Below are positions 31,437 to 40,547 of a stretch of 64,000 bases of DNA, piece after piece. The position numbers and the translations under genes are program-made. The notes under the pieces were generated by a model. It was not told where the DNA came from. It made no database searches and worked only from the letters and a program-made list of their open reading frames with translations. The DNA lies in the NCBI GenBank assembly GCA_964650315.1, contig CAZYQE010000002.1:3534-67533 (forward strand), in the 5' to 3' direction. Positions within the stretch are counted from its first letter, which is position 1. Each line of letters starts with the position of its first letter. The stretch comes from an uncultured Muribaculaceae bacterium. GTDB lineage: Bacteria > Bacillota_I > Bacilli_A > RF39 > UBA660.

Positions 31437-32756
31437 ATGAAAAGTATTAGTATAAATAAATTAAATGAACACTTTGATGAAGAAGTAGTTATCTCTGGAT
31501 TTGTAGATAATATTAGAAATCTGCAATGGGTACAATTTGTAATAATTAGAGATGATACTTCTAAAGTACAAGTTACTATAGAAAAAAGTGAAGAAAAAAA
31601 CAAAGAAATTGTAGAGTTAATTGAAAATTTACCATTAGAAAGTACAGTTAAAATAACTGGTAAAGTAGTAGAAAGTCCTAAAGTAAAATTAAATGGTATG
31701 GAAATTATTCCTGAGAGCATTGAAGTAACTTCTAAGTCTGAAGAAGAAATACCATTTAACTTTAAAGATCTAAATAACGTTAATTTAGATACAAGATTAG
31801 ATTATAGATTTATTGACTTAAGAAATGATAAAAATATGTTAATCTTTAAAATACAAAGTGATATTACTAAATATATGAGACAGTTCTTGTATGAAAAAGA
31901 TTTTACTGAGATTCATACTCCAAAACTAATTGGGGCAGCAAGTGAGTCAGGATCTGAAGTATTTGAAGTAAAATATTTTGATGATAAAGCTTATCTAGCT
32001 CAAAGTCCACAATTTTATAAACAAATGGCTATGGCTAGTGGTTTTAATAAAATATTTGAAGTAGCGCCAGTTTTCCGTGCCGAAAATTCTAATACATCTA
32101 GACATGCTACTGAGTTTACATCTTTCGATGTAGAGATGTCATATATTGATTCATTTGAAGATGTAATGGATCTAGAAGCAGAATTAATTAATTATACGTT
32201 TGATAAAATTAGTAAAAAATATAAAGATAAAATAAAAGAAGTATTTAATATGGATATAGTAGTACCTAAACTACCATTTCCAAAGATGACTCTATCTGAT
32301 ATATATAAAGAATTAGAAGAAAGATATAATTATAAAGTAGATGAAACTGAAAAAACAGATTTAACTACAGAGGCTGAAAGGTTATGTTACAAGTTATCTA
32401 AAGATAAATTTAATCATGAATTCTTATTTGTAACAGATTATCCTGCAGATAAACGTGCTTTCTATCATATGAGAGATAAAAATGGATTATTATTAGGATA
32501 TGATTTAATTTGGCGTGGAGTAGAAATTACAAGTGGTGCACAAAGAGAACATAGATATGAAGAAATAGAAAAGAATGCTACTGAAAAGGGATTAAAAGAT
32601 GATGTTAAATTCTATTTAGAATTCTTTAAATATGGATGTCCTCCACATGGTGGATTTGGTATTGGTCTAGATAGACTTACTATGTTACTTTTAGGAATAC
32701 CTTCAGTTAAAGAATCACAATTCTTATTTAGAGGTCCAAATAGACTAAACCCATAA
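31437..32756 (+). CDS. aspS: aspartyl-tRNA synthetase, short archaeal/eukaryal type (no GAD insertion)
   Basis: 439 aa. OB-fold N-terminus, then class II motifs (FRAE.S.T.RH..EF, GGFGIGLDRL). A typical bacterial AspRS is much longer. Confidence 0.88.
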   Translation: MKSISINKLNEHFDEEVVISGFVDNIRNLQWVQFVIIRDDTSKVQVTIEKSEEKNKEIVELIENLPLESTVKITGKVVESPKVKLNGMEIIPESIEVTSKSEEEIPFNFKDLNNVNLDTRLDYRFIDLRNDKNMLIFKIQSDITKYMRQFLYEKDFTEIHTPKLIGAASESGSEVFEVKYFDDKAYLAQSPQFYKQMAMASGFNKIFEVAPVFRAENSNTSRHATEFTSFDVEMSYIDSFEDVMDLEAELINYTFDKISKKYKDKIKEVFNMDIVVPKLPFPKMTLSDIYKELEERYNYKVDETEKTDLTTEAERLCYKLSKDKFNHEFLFVTDYPADKRAFYHMRDKNGLLLGYDLIWRGVEITSGAQREHRYEEIEKNATEKGLKDDVKFYLEFFKYGCPPHGGFGIGLDRLTMLLLGIPSVKESQFLFRGPNRLNP

Positions 32757-32836
32757 CAAATATAAGTAAGCATAGTTTTATTGACATTTCAATATGAAAA
32801 TGCTAGAATATAAAAAGTTTTATGGAGTGATGGAAT

Positions 32837-33256
32837 ATGAAAGAAAAATGCATAAATTCCAAGGACATAAAAAAAAGAGAATTAAAACTTGCCAAAGAGG
32901 AATATAAAAACTTAACTAAGTTTGTTGATATTGAACTTGATAGAGGAGTAGCCCTAGCTGCTAAACATTACACTGGATTAGGAATTAGTTATATATGTTC
33001 TGGTTCAGGAATAACATATGGTATAGCATCTGGACATCCAGAAGTAATGATTGCTTCAGGTTCTATATTTGCATTAACTCTTGTTTCTACAGGCATTGAA
33101 ATTTTTGGTGGGCCTAGAAAAGAAAGGCAAGAATATCTAAAACCTATCAAAAAAGCTAAAAAAGAATACAAAAAAATGTATAAGACTAAGAAACATGAAA
33201 TAGAAGCAAATTATTTAGAAAATAAAGCTAAAGAAAAAATATTAATAAAAAAATAA
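32837..33256 (+). CDS. Lys-rich protein with Gly-rich hydrophobic hairpin, first half of a tandem duplication
   Basis: 139-aa ORF with a GGAG RBS. The central segment GLGISYICSGSGITYGIASGHPEVMIASGSIFALTLVSTGIEIFGG is flanked by K/E-rich helices. Confidence 0.6.
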   Translation: MKEKCINSKDIKKRELKLAKEEYKNLTKFVDIELDRGVALAAKHYTGLGISYICSGSGITYGIASGHPEVMIASGSIFALTLVSTGIEIFGGPRKERQEYLKPIKKAKKEYKKMYKTKKHEIEANYLENKAKEKILIKK

Positions 33257-33565
<309 letters not shown>

Positions 33566-33617
33566 TTTTTTATTTTGTCTAAATATGTTATAATCTATAG
33601 ACAGAAAGAGTGATTAT

Positions 33618-34886
33618 ATGAAAGTTGGAATATTAAGTTTAGGTTGTAAAGTAAATATGTATGAGTCTGAATTTGTAACTAATTTATTATCCAAAGCTGG
33701 ATATGAGATTAGTAGTTTTAATGATGTTTGTGATATTTATATAATTAATACTTGTACAGTTACTAATACATCTGATATTAAATCACGTAAAATGATTAGA
33801 AAAGCTATAAAGAAAAATCCAGATGCTATTGTTATTGCAATGGGTTGTTTTATAGAGGCTAATAAAGATGTAGATATTCCAGGACTAGATATAATTATAG
33901 GTAATAAAGACAAATCTAAAATAGTAGAAATAATAGAAGAATATATAAATAATAAAAATACTATAAAAAGACTATATAATGATAAAAAATATATATTTGA
34001 AGATATGTATATAGATAACTTCCCAGGTAGAACAAGAGCTTTTGTAAAAATACAAGATGGATGTGAAAACTTCTGTACTTATTGTATTATTCCATTTGTA
34101 CGTGGTAAATGTCGTAGTAAAGAAGAATCTAAAGTAATAGAAGAAGTAAAAGCATTAGTAAATAATGGTTATAAAGAAGTAGTATTAACTGGTATTCATA
34201 CTGGAAGTTACGGAGTAGATCTAGATACTTCTTTTGCAGATTTATTAGAAAAACTAGTAAAGATTAAAGGATTAGAAAGACTTAGAATCTCATCAATAGA
34301 AACTACTGAATTAAATGAAGATGTATTAAAAATATTAAGAAATAGTTCTGTAATAGTAGATCATCTTCATATACCAATTCAATCTGGATCTAATGAAATA
34401 TTAAAATTAATGAATAGAAAATATGATTTAGATTTCTTTAAAGAAAAAATTAATGAAATTAGATCTATTAGACCAAATATTTCTATAACTACAGATATAA
34501 TAGTAGGTTTTCCAAGTGAAACAGAAGAGTTATTTAATGAAAGTATTGAAACAGTAAAAGAAATTAATTTCTCTAAATTACATGTATTTCCATATAGTGA
34601 AAGAGAAGGCACTAAATCTATGGAAATACCTAATCATATTAGGGGAGATATAAAGAAAAGTCGTGCTAGAAAAATGTTAGAAGTATCTAAAGAATTAGAA
34701 ATTGATTATATGAATAAATACTTAAATAAAGAAGTAGAAATACTAGTAGAAGAATATAAAGATGGATATAGTTTTGGTCATACTGGTAATTATTTATATG
34801 TAAAAGTAAATAAGAAATTAAAGCATAATGACTTAGTAAAAGTTAAAATAACTAGTATTGATTATCCATACTGCATAGGAGAATAA
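33618..34886 (+). CDS. mtaB: tRNA (t6A37) methylthiotransferase MtaB (radical SAM)
   Basis: N-terminal MTTase domain (LGCKVNMYESE). Radical SAM motif CENFCTYCIIP. C-terminal TRAM-like domain. Confidence 0.85.
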   Translation: MKVGILSLGCKVNMYESEFVTNLLSKAGYEISSFNDVCDIYIINTCTVTNTSDIKSRKMIRKAIKKNPDAIVIAMGCFIEANKDVDIPGLDIIIGNKDKSKIVEIIEEYINNKNTIKRLYNDKKYIFEDMYIDNFPGRTRAFVKIQDGCENFCTYCIIPFVRGKCRSKEESKVIEEVKALVNNGYKEVVLTGIHTGSYGVDLDTSFADLLEKLVKIKGLERLRISSIETTELNEDVLKILRNSSVIVDHLHIPIQSGSNEILKLMNRKYDLDFFKEKINEIRSIRPNISITTDIIVGFPSETEELFNESIETVKEINFSKLHVFPYSEREGTKSMEIPNHIRGDIKKSRARKMLEVSKELEIDYMNKYLNKEVEILVEEYKDGYSFGHTGNYLYVKVNKKLKHNDLVKVKITSIDYPYCIGE

Positions 34887-34887
34887 C

Positions 34888-37074
34888 ATGAAGAAATATA
34901 TAAAGGGTAAGTATAGAAAAAGTATTTATGAAAATGATAATGGATATAAAATAGGTCTATTTAAAGTAGTAGAAACTAATCATGAAGATGTAGAAGATTA
35001 TCTAGATAGAATCATTACTTTTACAGGTTATTTCCATGAACTTAATGATATGGATACATATATGTTTTATGGTGATTTAGTAAATCATCCTAAGTATGGA
35101 GAACAATTTAATGTAGAAAGTTATGATAGAGTAAAACCAGATGAAAAAGAAAGTATAATAGAATTTCTAACTAGTGGACTATTTAAAGGTATTGGAGAAA
35201 AGAAAGCTAAAAAGATATATGATACTCTAGGTAAAGATACTTTTAATATTATATTAAATAATCCAAATAATTTATTATTAATCCCAACTATTACACAGAA
35301 GAATGTAGATACACTACATAATAAATTAAAGGAATATGAATCTAGTTATGAAATAATTATTTATTTAAATGAATTAGGTTTTAATACTAAAGATTCTATG
35401 AGTATATATAACTATTATAAAAATGATACTAAAAGTATTATAGAAAAGGATATTTATAGATTAGTTAAAGATATAAATGAGTTAAGTTTTAAAAAAATAG
35501 ATTATATTGCATTACAAAGTGGTATTAAAAAACTAGATATTATTAGAGTAAAAGCTTCTATATTATATTTAATGAATGAAATATCTAATTTATATGGACA
35601 TAGTTATATATTTAAAGATGAAATTATTAATACACTTCCTAGAGTTCTTTTAGAACGTATTGAAGATTATTTAGTTAATGATGCATTAATTTCTTTAGAG
35701 AAAAACTTAGATATAGTTAAAGTTAATGATAAGTATTATTTAAGGGATATGTATGATTCTGAAGTATTAATTTCTAAAAGAATAAAAGTATTAAATAATA
35801 AAGAATTAATAAAAGTTAATAATATTAATGATGAAATAAAATTATTAGAAAAAGATTTAAATATTAAATATAATACTGATCAAATAAAAGCGATTAAAGA
35901 AAGTATAAAAAATAATTTTTTAATTATTACTGGAGGTCCAGGTACAGGTAAAACTACTATTATGAAGGCAGTAGTAGAGTTATATAGAAATATTAATAAA
36001 TTAAGTTATAAGAATTTATTAGAAGATATTGCATTACTTGCCCCTACAGGTAGAGCAGCTAAAAGAATGAGTGAAGCAACAAATACACCTGCATCTACTA
36101 TCCATAGATTTTTAAAATGGAATAAAGAAACAAATAAATACCAAGTAAATGAATATAATAAAAGTAAAGTAAAATTAGTTATTATAGATGAATCTTCTAT
36201 GATAGATACATATTTATTTGCTAATCTATTAAAAGGAATTTCTAGTAGTTGTAGAATAATTATGGTAGGAGATTATTTCCAATTACCATCAGTTGGACCA
36301 GGACAATTATTACATGATTTAATTACTAGTGATATTTTAAATGTAGTAGAATTAAAAAAGTTATATAGACAAGAAAAAGATTCAGATATATTAAGTTTAG
36401 CTTATGATATTAGAAATGGTGAATTAAATAAAAGTATTTTAAATAAAAATAGTGATCTTACTTTTATAGAATGTTCTAATGATGAAGTAATGTCTAATAT
36501 TATAGAAATATCTAATACATATAAAGACTTATCTTATAAAGATTTTCAAATATTAGCGCCTATGTATAAAACTATTAATGGTATAGATAATATTAATATG
36601 AATTTACAAAAACTATATAATAAAAAATCTAATTCTAAAAAAGAAATTATTATTGGAGAGACAATATACAGAGAAGGAGATAAAGTAATAGAACTTTCTA
36701 ATATGCCTGATGAAAATATATATAATGGTGATATTGGTATTATTAATTTAATAAAGAATAAACCTAAAAAAGAAATATATATAGATTTTGATGATAATAT
36801 AGTTAAATTTACTCCAGCAAACTTTAATAAATTTAAACTAGCATATTCTATATCTATACATAAAGCTCAAGGTAGTGAATTTGATGTAGTAGTTATTCCG
36901 TTAGTTAGAAACTTTAATAAAATGCTATATAGAAAACTTATATATACTGCAGTTACTAGATGTAAAAAGAATTTATATTTAGTTGGAGATATAAATGCTT
37001 TAAATATAGCGATTAATAATAATTCTAGTGAAATTAGAAGAACTACTATTAAAGATTTATTAATTAATGAATAA
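34888..37074 (+). CDS. recD2: RecD2-type ATP-dependent DNA helicase
   Basis: 728 aa. Walker A GGPGTGKTT, motif II IIDESSM, MVGDYFQLPSVGPG, and C-terminal SIHKAQGSEFD..V. Confidence 0.9.
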   Translation: MKKYIKGKYRKSIYENDNGYKIGLFKVVETNHEDVEDYLDRIITFTGYFHELNDMDTYMFYGDLVNHPKYGEQFNVESYDRVKPDEKESIIEFLTSGLFKGIGEKKAKKIYDTLGKDTFNIILNNPNNLLLIPTITQKNVDTLHNKLKEYESSYEIIIYLNELGFNTKDSMSIYNYYKNDTKSIIEKDIYRLVKDINELSFKKIDYIALQSGIKKLDIIRVKASILYLMNEISNLYGHSYIFKDEIINTLPRVLLERIEDYLVNDALISLEKNLDIVKVNDKYYLRDMYDSEVLISKRIKVLNNKELIKVNNINDEIKLLEKDLNIKYNTDQIKAIKESIKNNFLIITGGPGTGKTTIMKAVVELYRNINKLSYKNLLEDIALLAPTGRAAKRMSEATNTPASTIHRFLKWNKETNKYQVNEYNKSKVKLVIIDESSMIDTYLFANLLKGISSSCRIIMVGDYFQLPSVGPGQLLHDLITSDILNVVELKKLYRQEKDSDILSLAYDIRNGELNKSILNKNSDLTFIECSNDEVMSNIIEISNTYKDLSYKDFQILAPMYKTINGIDNINMNLQKLYNKKSNSKKEIIIGETIYREGDKVIELSNMPDENIYNGDIGIINLIKNKPKKEIYIDFDDNIVKFTPANFNKFKLAYSISIHKAQGSEFDVVVIPLVRNFNKMLYRKLIYTAVTRCKKNLYLVGDINALNIAINNNSSEIRRTTIKDLLINE

Positions 37075-37114
37075 AAACAAATATAATTACCATACTAATT
37101 TTAGAGGTGATTAT

Positions 37115-37282
37115 ATGAAAAAGAAAACTAAAAATAAAATGATGTGGGCTGCTATTCTAGGAGGTATGGGAGTAGCAGGTTATATGTATATGAAAAAGAA
37201 TCCTGAAGCTATTGATAATATGAAAGAAATGGCTAAGGATATGGCAAAAACTACATATAATAAGTTAGAAGATGTAAACTAG
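37115..37282 (+). CDS. small YtxH-like membrane-associated protein
   Basis: ATG at 37115 after AGAGGTG. Protein is MKKKTKNKMMWAAILGGMGVAGYMYMKKNPEAIDNMKEMAKDMAKTTYNKLEDVN. Confidence 0.55.
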   Translation: MKKKTKNKMMWAAILGGMGVAGYMYMKKNPEAIDNMKEMAKDMAKTTYNKLEDVN

Positions 37283-37303
37283 AGAACAAAGTTCTCTTTT
37301 TCT
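37281..37303 (+). terminator. intrinsic terminator isolating the downstream operon
   Basis: AGAGAAC-AAA-GTTCTCT followed by a TTTTTCTTT run. Confidence 0.7.
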
Positions 37304-37314
37304 TTACATATAAA

Positions 37315-37344
37315 TTGACTTGTATATTGTTTTTAAGATATAAT
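37315..37344 (+). promoter_or_regulatory. sigma-A-type promoter of the SipW/fibre operon
   Basis: TTGACT at 37315-20, 18-nt spacer, TATAAT at 37339-44. AAGGAGG RBS at 37358-64 precedes the ATG at 37374. Confidence 0.55.
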
Positions 37345-37373
37345 TAGTATATATAATAAGGAGGATTTAATAT

Positions 37374-37913
37374 ATGCAAAAGAAATCAAAAACATATTTA
37401 ATAGTAGTAACAATATTAATATTAATTGTTGGAATTAGTATTGGATATGCAGCGTTGTCTGCTACACTAAATATTTCAGGAAGAACTGCAATTAAAAAAG
37501 CAGCTTGGGATATACATTTTACAAATTTAAATGTTAAAGAAGGAAGTGTAAGTGAGATTTCACCTACTGTAATTAGTGATTCTAAAACTGATATTAGTTA
37601 TAGTGTTAATCTTGCTAAACCAGGAGATTATTATGAATTTACTGTCGATGTAGTAAATGCTGGTTCTATACCTGCTAAAGTAGCAGCTTCTCCAACTTTA
37701 TCTGGATTAACAGATGCACAAAAACAATATATAACTTATACAGTTACATATGATGATGGAACTGTCATAGCAGAAGGAGATAGATTAGGAGCAGATCATA
37801 CTAAAACTGTAAAAGTTAGAGTAGAATTTAAAAAAGATATTACAGCTGATAAGTTACCATCTGCAGATCAAGATTTAAACCTAACATTTGCTATGAATTT
37901 TGTACAAGAATAA
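37374..37913 (+). CDS. secreted beta-rich protein with SipW-cognate-like signal peptide (TasA/BsaA-like candidate fibre subunit, paralogue 1)
   Basis: The N-terminus MQKKSKTYLIVVTILILIVGISIGYA|ALSATLNISG resembles the TasA-class signal (GTxA|xF.D). The mature part alternates beta-strand-like segments and contains KPGDYYEFTVDVVNAGSIPAKV. It is paralogous to 40548-41111. Confidence 0.6.
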   Translation: MQKKSKTYLIVVTILILIVGISIGYAALSATLNISGRTAIKKAAWDIHFTNLNVKEGSVSEISPTVISDSKTDISYSVNLAKPGDYYEFTVDVVNAGSIPAKVAASPTLSGLTDAQKQYITYTVTYDDGTVIAEGDRLGADHTKTVKVRVEFKKDITADKLPSADQDLNLTFAMNFVQE

Positions 37914-37945
37914 TATAAAACAAACATATAAGTATAGGAGCTAAA

Positions 37946-39094
37946 ATGAATAATAATAGGGTTATAAAAAATTTTGTTTGTGTTTCATTATTTATAATCT
38001 ATATATTCTTATATAGATTATTTATCGTGACTAAACTATTAAAATATACTGAATTTATTACAGCTTCTTTTATGCTTATAATGACTTTTATTGCTATATT
38101 ATTTTATGGTTATAGAAAAGATAAAATTAATCCATTAAAAAAGAATGTATATATAATTACTATTATTCAGATACTATTCTTTTTTGCCATATCCTATGGT
38201 CTAGGATTAGTAGTAGGATTTTTAAAAAATTCTTATTCTTTAACACCATTTTCGATACTAAATAATATATTTGCACCTATAATAATTCTAGTTTGTATAG
38301 AAATATTTAGGTATGTTGTACTTAATAATAATTCTAGTAGTAAAAAAAGCATATATTTAATTACATTAGTATTAATTGCTTTTGAATTATCAATTAGCAT
38401 TAATACAATTAATACAGTTAACTTTGCAGAAATATTTAAATTAGTAACTGCAATAGTTATACCAATAATTATAAAAAACTGTGTATTTAGTTATTTAACA
38501 TTACATGTAGGATATAGACCTGCATTAATGTATAGATTAGTTATTGATTTACATGTATTTGTTATTCCTATAATTCCTAATCTTGGAGAATATTTAAATT
38601 CTATGATTGGTATTGTATTTCCGTTTATATTATACTTATATACATCTAGAATAATAAATGAACATTACAACGGAATAGAATTTGAGGTAAAGAAATCACC
38701 GTTTAGATTAATTGATATTCCAATAATAACTTTTATAGTTATATTTATAGGTTTAGTATCAGGAATTTTACCATACTATTTAGTGGGTATTGCTACTGGT
38801 TCTATGACTCCTAAGATAAATAAAGGTGATGCAGTATTTGTACATAAGATAAAAAAAGATAAAGATATTAAAATAGGAGATATCATTGTTTATAATGATG
38901 AAGGAAGAAATATAGTACATAGATTAGTAAAGATTGAAAAAAAGAAGAAAAAACGTTATTATATAACTAAGGGTGATGCTAATAATACGGTTGATGATGT
39001 AGATATAAATTTAAAGGATATAAAGGGTGTTGTAATATTTAAAATACCTGCTATAGCTTATCCAAGTATATTTTTAGAGGAAAAACTAAGATAG
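37946..39094 (+). CDS. SipW-type (S26B, Ser/His) signal peptidase I fused to an N-terminal ~8-TM domain
   Basis: The C-terminal ~110 aa contain GIATGSMTPKINKGDAVFV (catalytic Ser box), IVHRLVKI (His box) and ITKGDANNTVDD, as in SipW/Sec11-type peptidases. Residues 1-250 form about 8 additional hydrophobic helices. Confidence 0.75.
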   Translation: MNNNRVIKNFVCVSLFIIYIFLYRLFIVTKLLKYTEFITASFMLIMTFIAILFYGYRKDKINPLKKNVYIITIIQILFFFAISYGLGLVVGFLKNSYSLTPFSILNNIFAPIIILVCIEIFRYVVLNNNSSSKKSIYLITLVLIAFELSISINTINTVNFAEIFKLVTAIVIPIIIKNCVFSYLTLHVGYRPALMYRLVIDLHVFVIPIIPNLGEYLNSMIGIVFPFILYLYTSRIINEHYNGIEFEVKKSPFRLIDIPIITFIVIFIGLVSGILPYYLVGIATGSMTPKINKGDAVFVHKIKKDKDIKIGDIIVYNDEGRNIVHRLVKIEKKKKKRYYITKGDANNTVDDVDINLKDIKGVVIFKIPAIAYPSIFLEEKLR

Positions 39095-39105
39095 AGGTGT
39101 TATTT

Positions 39106-39609
39106 ATGAGAAAAGGAACTAAATCAATTATATTACTATTACTATTATTTATAACAATAAGTAGTTCAATAGTGTTATATATGGCAGAATTATATGAATA
39201 TTTAATAATAGATATATCAGTATTATTAATAGTGTTGGTACTATTACTTTTACACATATTTAAGAAAACTGATGATTTTTCTATATATAATAGTAATCTA
39301 AAGAAAATGTTAAAAAGATATGATACTATTTTAGTAGAAACTAGTACTATACCTGATTTAGATGGCAAAAATGTAATGATAATTACTAATATTGAAGATT
39401 TAATAGATGCATCAGTAGAAATTAGAAAACCAATTTACTATAAAAAAGAAAAGACTTATTGTAATTTCATACTATTAGATAATCAAGATGTTAGTATATA
39501 TTTATTAAAATTATATGATAGAGAAACACCTATTGAAAAGTTTATTAAAGATAAAAAACAAAATATGGAAGATTTAATTGATAAAGCAAAAGGTTTAAGG
39601 ACAAGATAA
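39106..39609 (+). CDS. two-TM protein with cytoplasmic alpha/beta domain, unknown function (operon member)
   Basis: ATG at 39106 after AGAGGTG (track start GTG 39097). Protein begins MRKGTKSIILLLLLFITISSSIVLYMAELYEYLIIDISVLLIVLVLLLLHIF, followed by a soluble domain of about 110 aa. It is tightly packed against the peptidase gene. Confidence 0.55.
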   Translation: MRKGTKSIILLLLLFITISSSIVLYMAELYEYLIIDISVLLIVLVLLLLHIFKKTDDFSIYNSNLKKMLKRYDTILVETSTIPDLDGKNVMIITNIEDLIDASVEIRKPIYYKKEKTYCNFILLDNQDVSIYLLKLYDRETPIEKFIKDKKQNMEDLIDKAKGLRTR

Positions 39610-39628
39610 ATGTATAGGGGGTAATCCT

Positions 39629-40534
39629 ATGAGTAGATTTAGCAAAACTACTATTTATGGAATAGCAATCCTAATAACTATAGTATTTATAGGCGTTGGA
39701 TATGCTTTTTTAAGTAGTGATTTAAGTTTAAATGGCCTTGTTAGTGTTAAAAAACATGAAAAAGATGAAGAAGAAAGTAAGATAGTATGTAAAAGAGCAG
39801 AAAATCTTCATGAAGAAATATGTAATAGTGAAGATGGTAATGGTTGTAAAGCTGTGGGATATAATGCTGGGGATAAAATTACATACGGATCTTTAGGTAC
39901 TAAAGGAACATTTAAAGCAGGAGATGCTTTTGATTGTGATGTTAATGGTGATAAAGAGTATAATCCATCAACAGAAAGATTTTATTATATTAGTGATTTA
40001 AATACAGATAATAATTATGCAGTATTAATATATTACAATAATATATCTAATGGAGTTCCAACTAATAATGCATCTTACGCTTATGATAAGAGTAATAAAC
40101 CTAGAACAAATGGTCTTATTACTGCTTTACCTCAATTAATATCTACTAGTACTTGGTCTAATATATCATTATCTAGTACAACTAGAAAATTAACAGATGA
40201 GAAAGGCACAGAATATATGGATTTTAATTATGAAGGGCGTGTTACTAGATTACCAACTTATAATGAAATAGTTAATGCCTGTGGAAGTGGTAATATAACT
40301 GCAAAAAATTATTTAAACAATTGTATATATTTAGCAGAAAATACTAAATATACAGATAATTCATTGCTATATGGTTATTGGTTAGAAAATCTTTCTGCAT
40401 CGTATGCTTCTCAAGTATGGCGTGTTAGTGGATATGATCGTAATTTGAATGTACGTAATGCAAATAGTGTAGGAGCAAAAGGTTATGCAGTAAGACCTGT
40501 AATAGAGGTTAAAAAGTCAGAAATATCATATTGA
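39629..40534 (+). CDS. secreted Cys-rich 301-aa protein with the same SipW-cognate-like signal (candidate accessory/adhesive subunit)
   Basis: The N-terminus MSRFSKTTIYGIAILITIVFIGVGYA|FLSSDLSLNG matches the other two substrates. The mature part has 8 Cys. Its C-terminal module is GYWLENLSAS...VWRVSGYDRNLNVRNANSVGAKGYAVRPVIEV. Confidence 0.6.
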   Translation: MSRFSKTTIYGIAILITIVFIGVGYAFLSSDLSLNGLVSVKKHEKDEEESKIVCKRAENLHEEICNSEDGNGCKAVGYNAGDKITYGSLGTKGTFKAGDAFDCDVNGDKEYNPSTERFYYISDLNTDNNYAVLIYYNNISNGVPTNNASYAYDKSNKPRTNGLITALPQLISTSTWSNISLSSTTRKLTDEKGTEYMDFNYEGRVTRLPTYNEIVNACGSGNITAKNYLNNCIYLAENTKYTDNSLLYGYWLENLSASYASQVWRVSGYDRNLNVRNANSVGAKGYAVRPVIEVKKSEISY

Positions 40535-40547
40535 AGGAGATATTAAT

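Noticed and set aside
31304-31720. 138-aa minus-strand ORF spanning the hisS/aspS junction. Similar antisense ORFs occur at 20277-20489, 20502-20768, 32989-33171, 34379-34612, 39051-39368, 41559-41768, 45424-45717, 46119-46571, 47351-47644, 49023-49205, 49160-49357, 51100-51342, 53466-53687, 55951-56244, 59311-59676 and 59984-60190.
   Set aside because: All are antisense to genes with clear family motifs or better coding features. They have no RBS and a shadow-frame composition.
37946-38700. CPBP/Abi-type intramembrane protease motifs in the N-terminal polytopic domain of the fused peptidase (IEIFRY, LTLHVGY, LHVFVIPIIPN).
   Set aside because: The spacing does not fit EExxxR / FxxxH / HxxxN. 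There is only one Glu, at the wrong distance from the Arg. I therefore do not claim a second protease domain.
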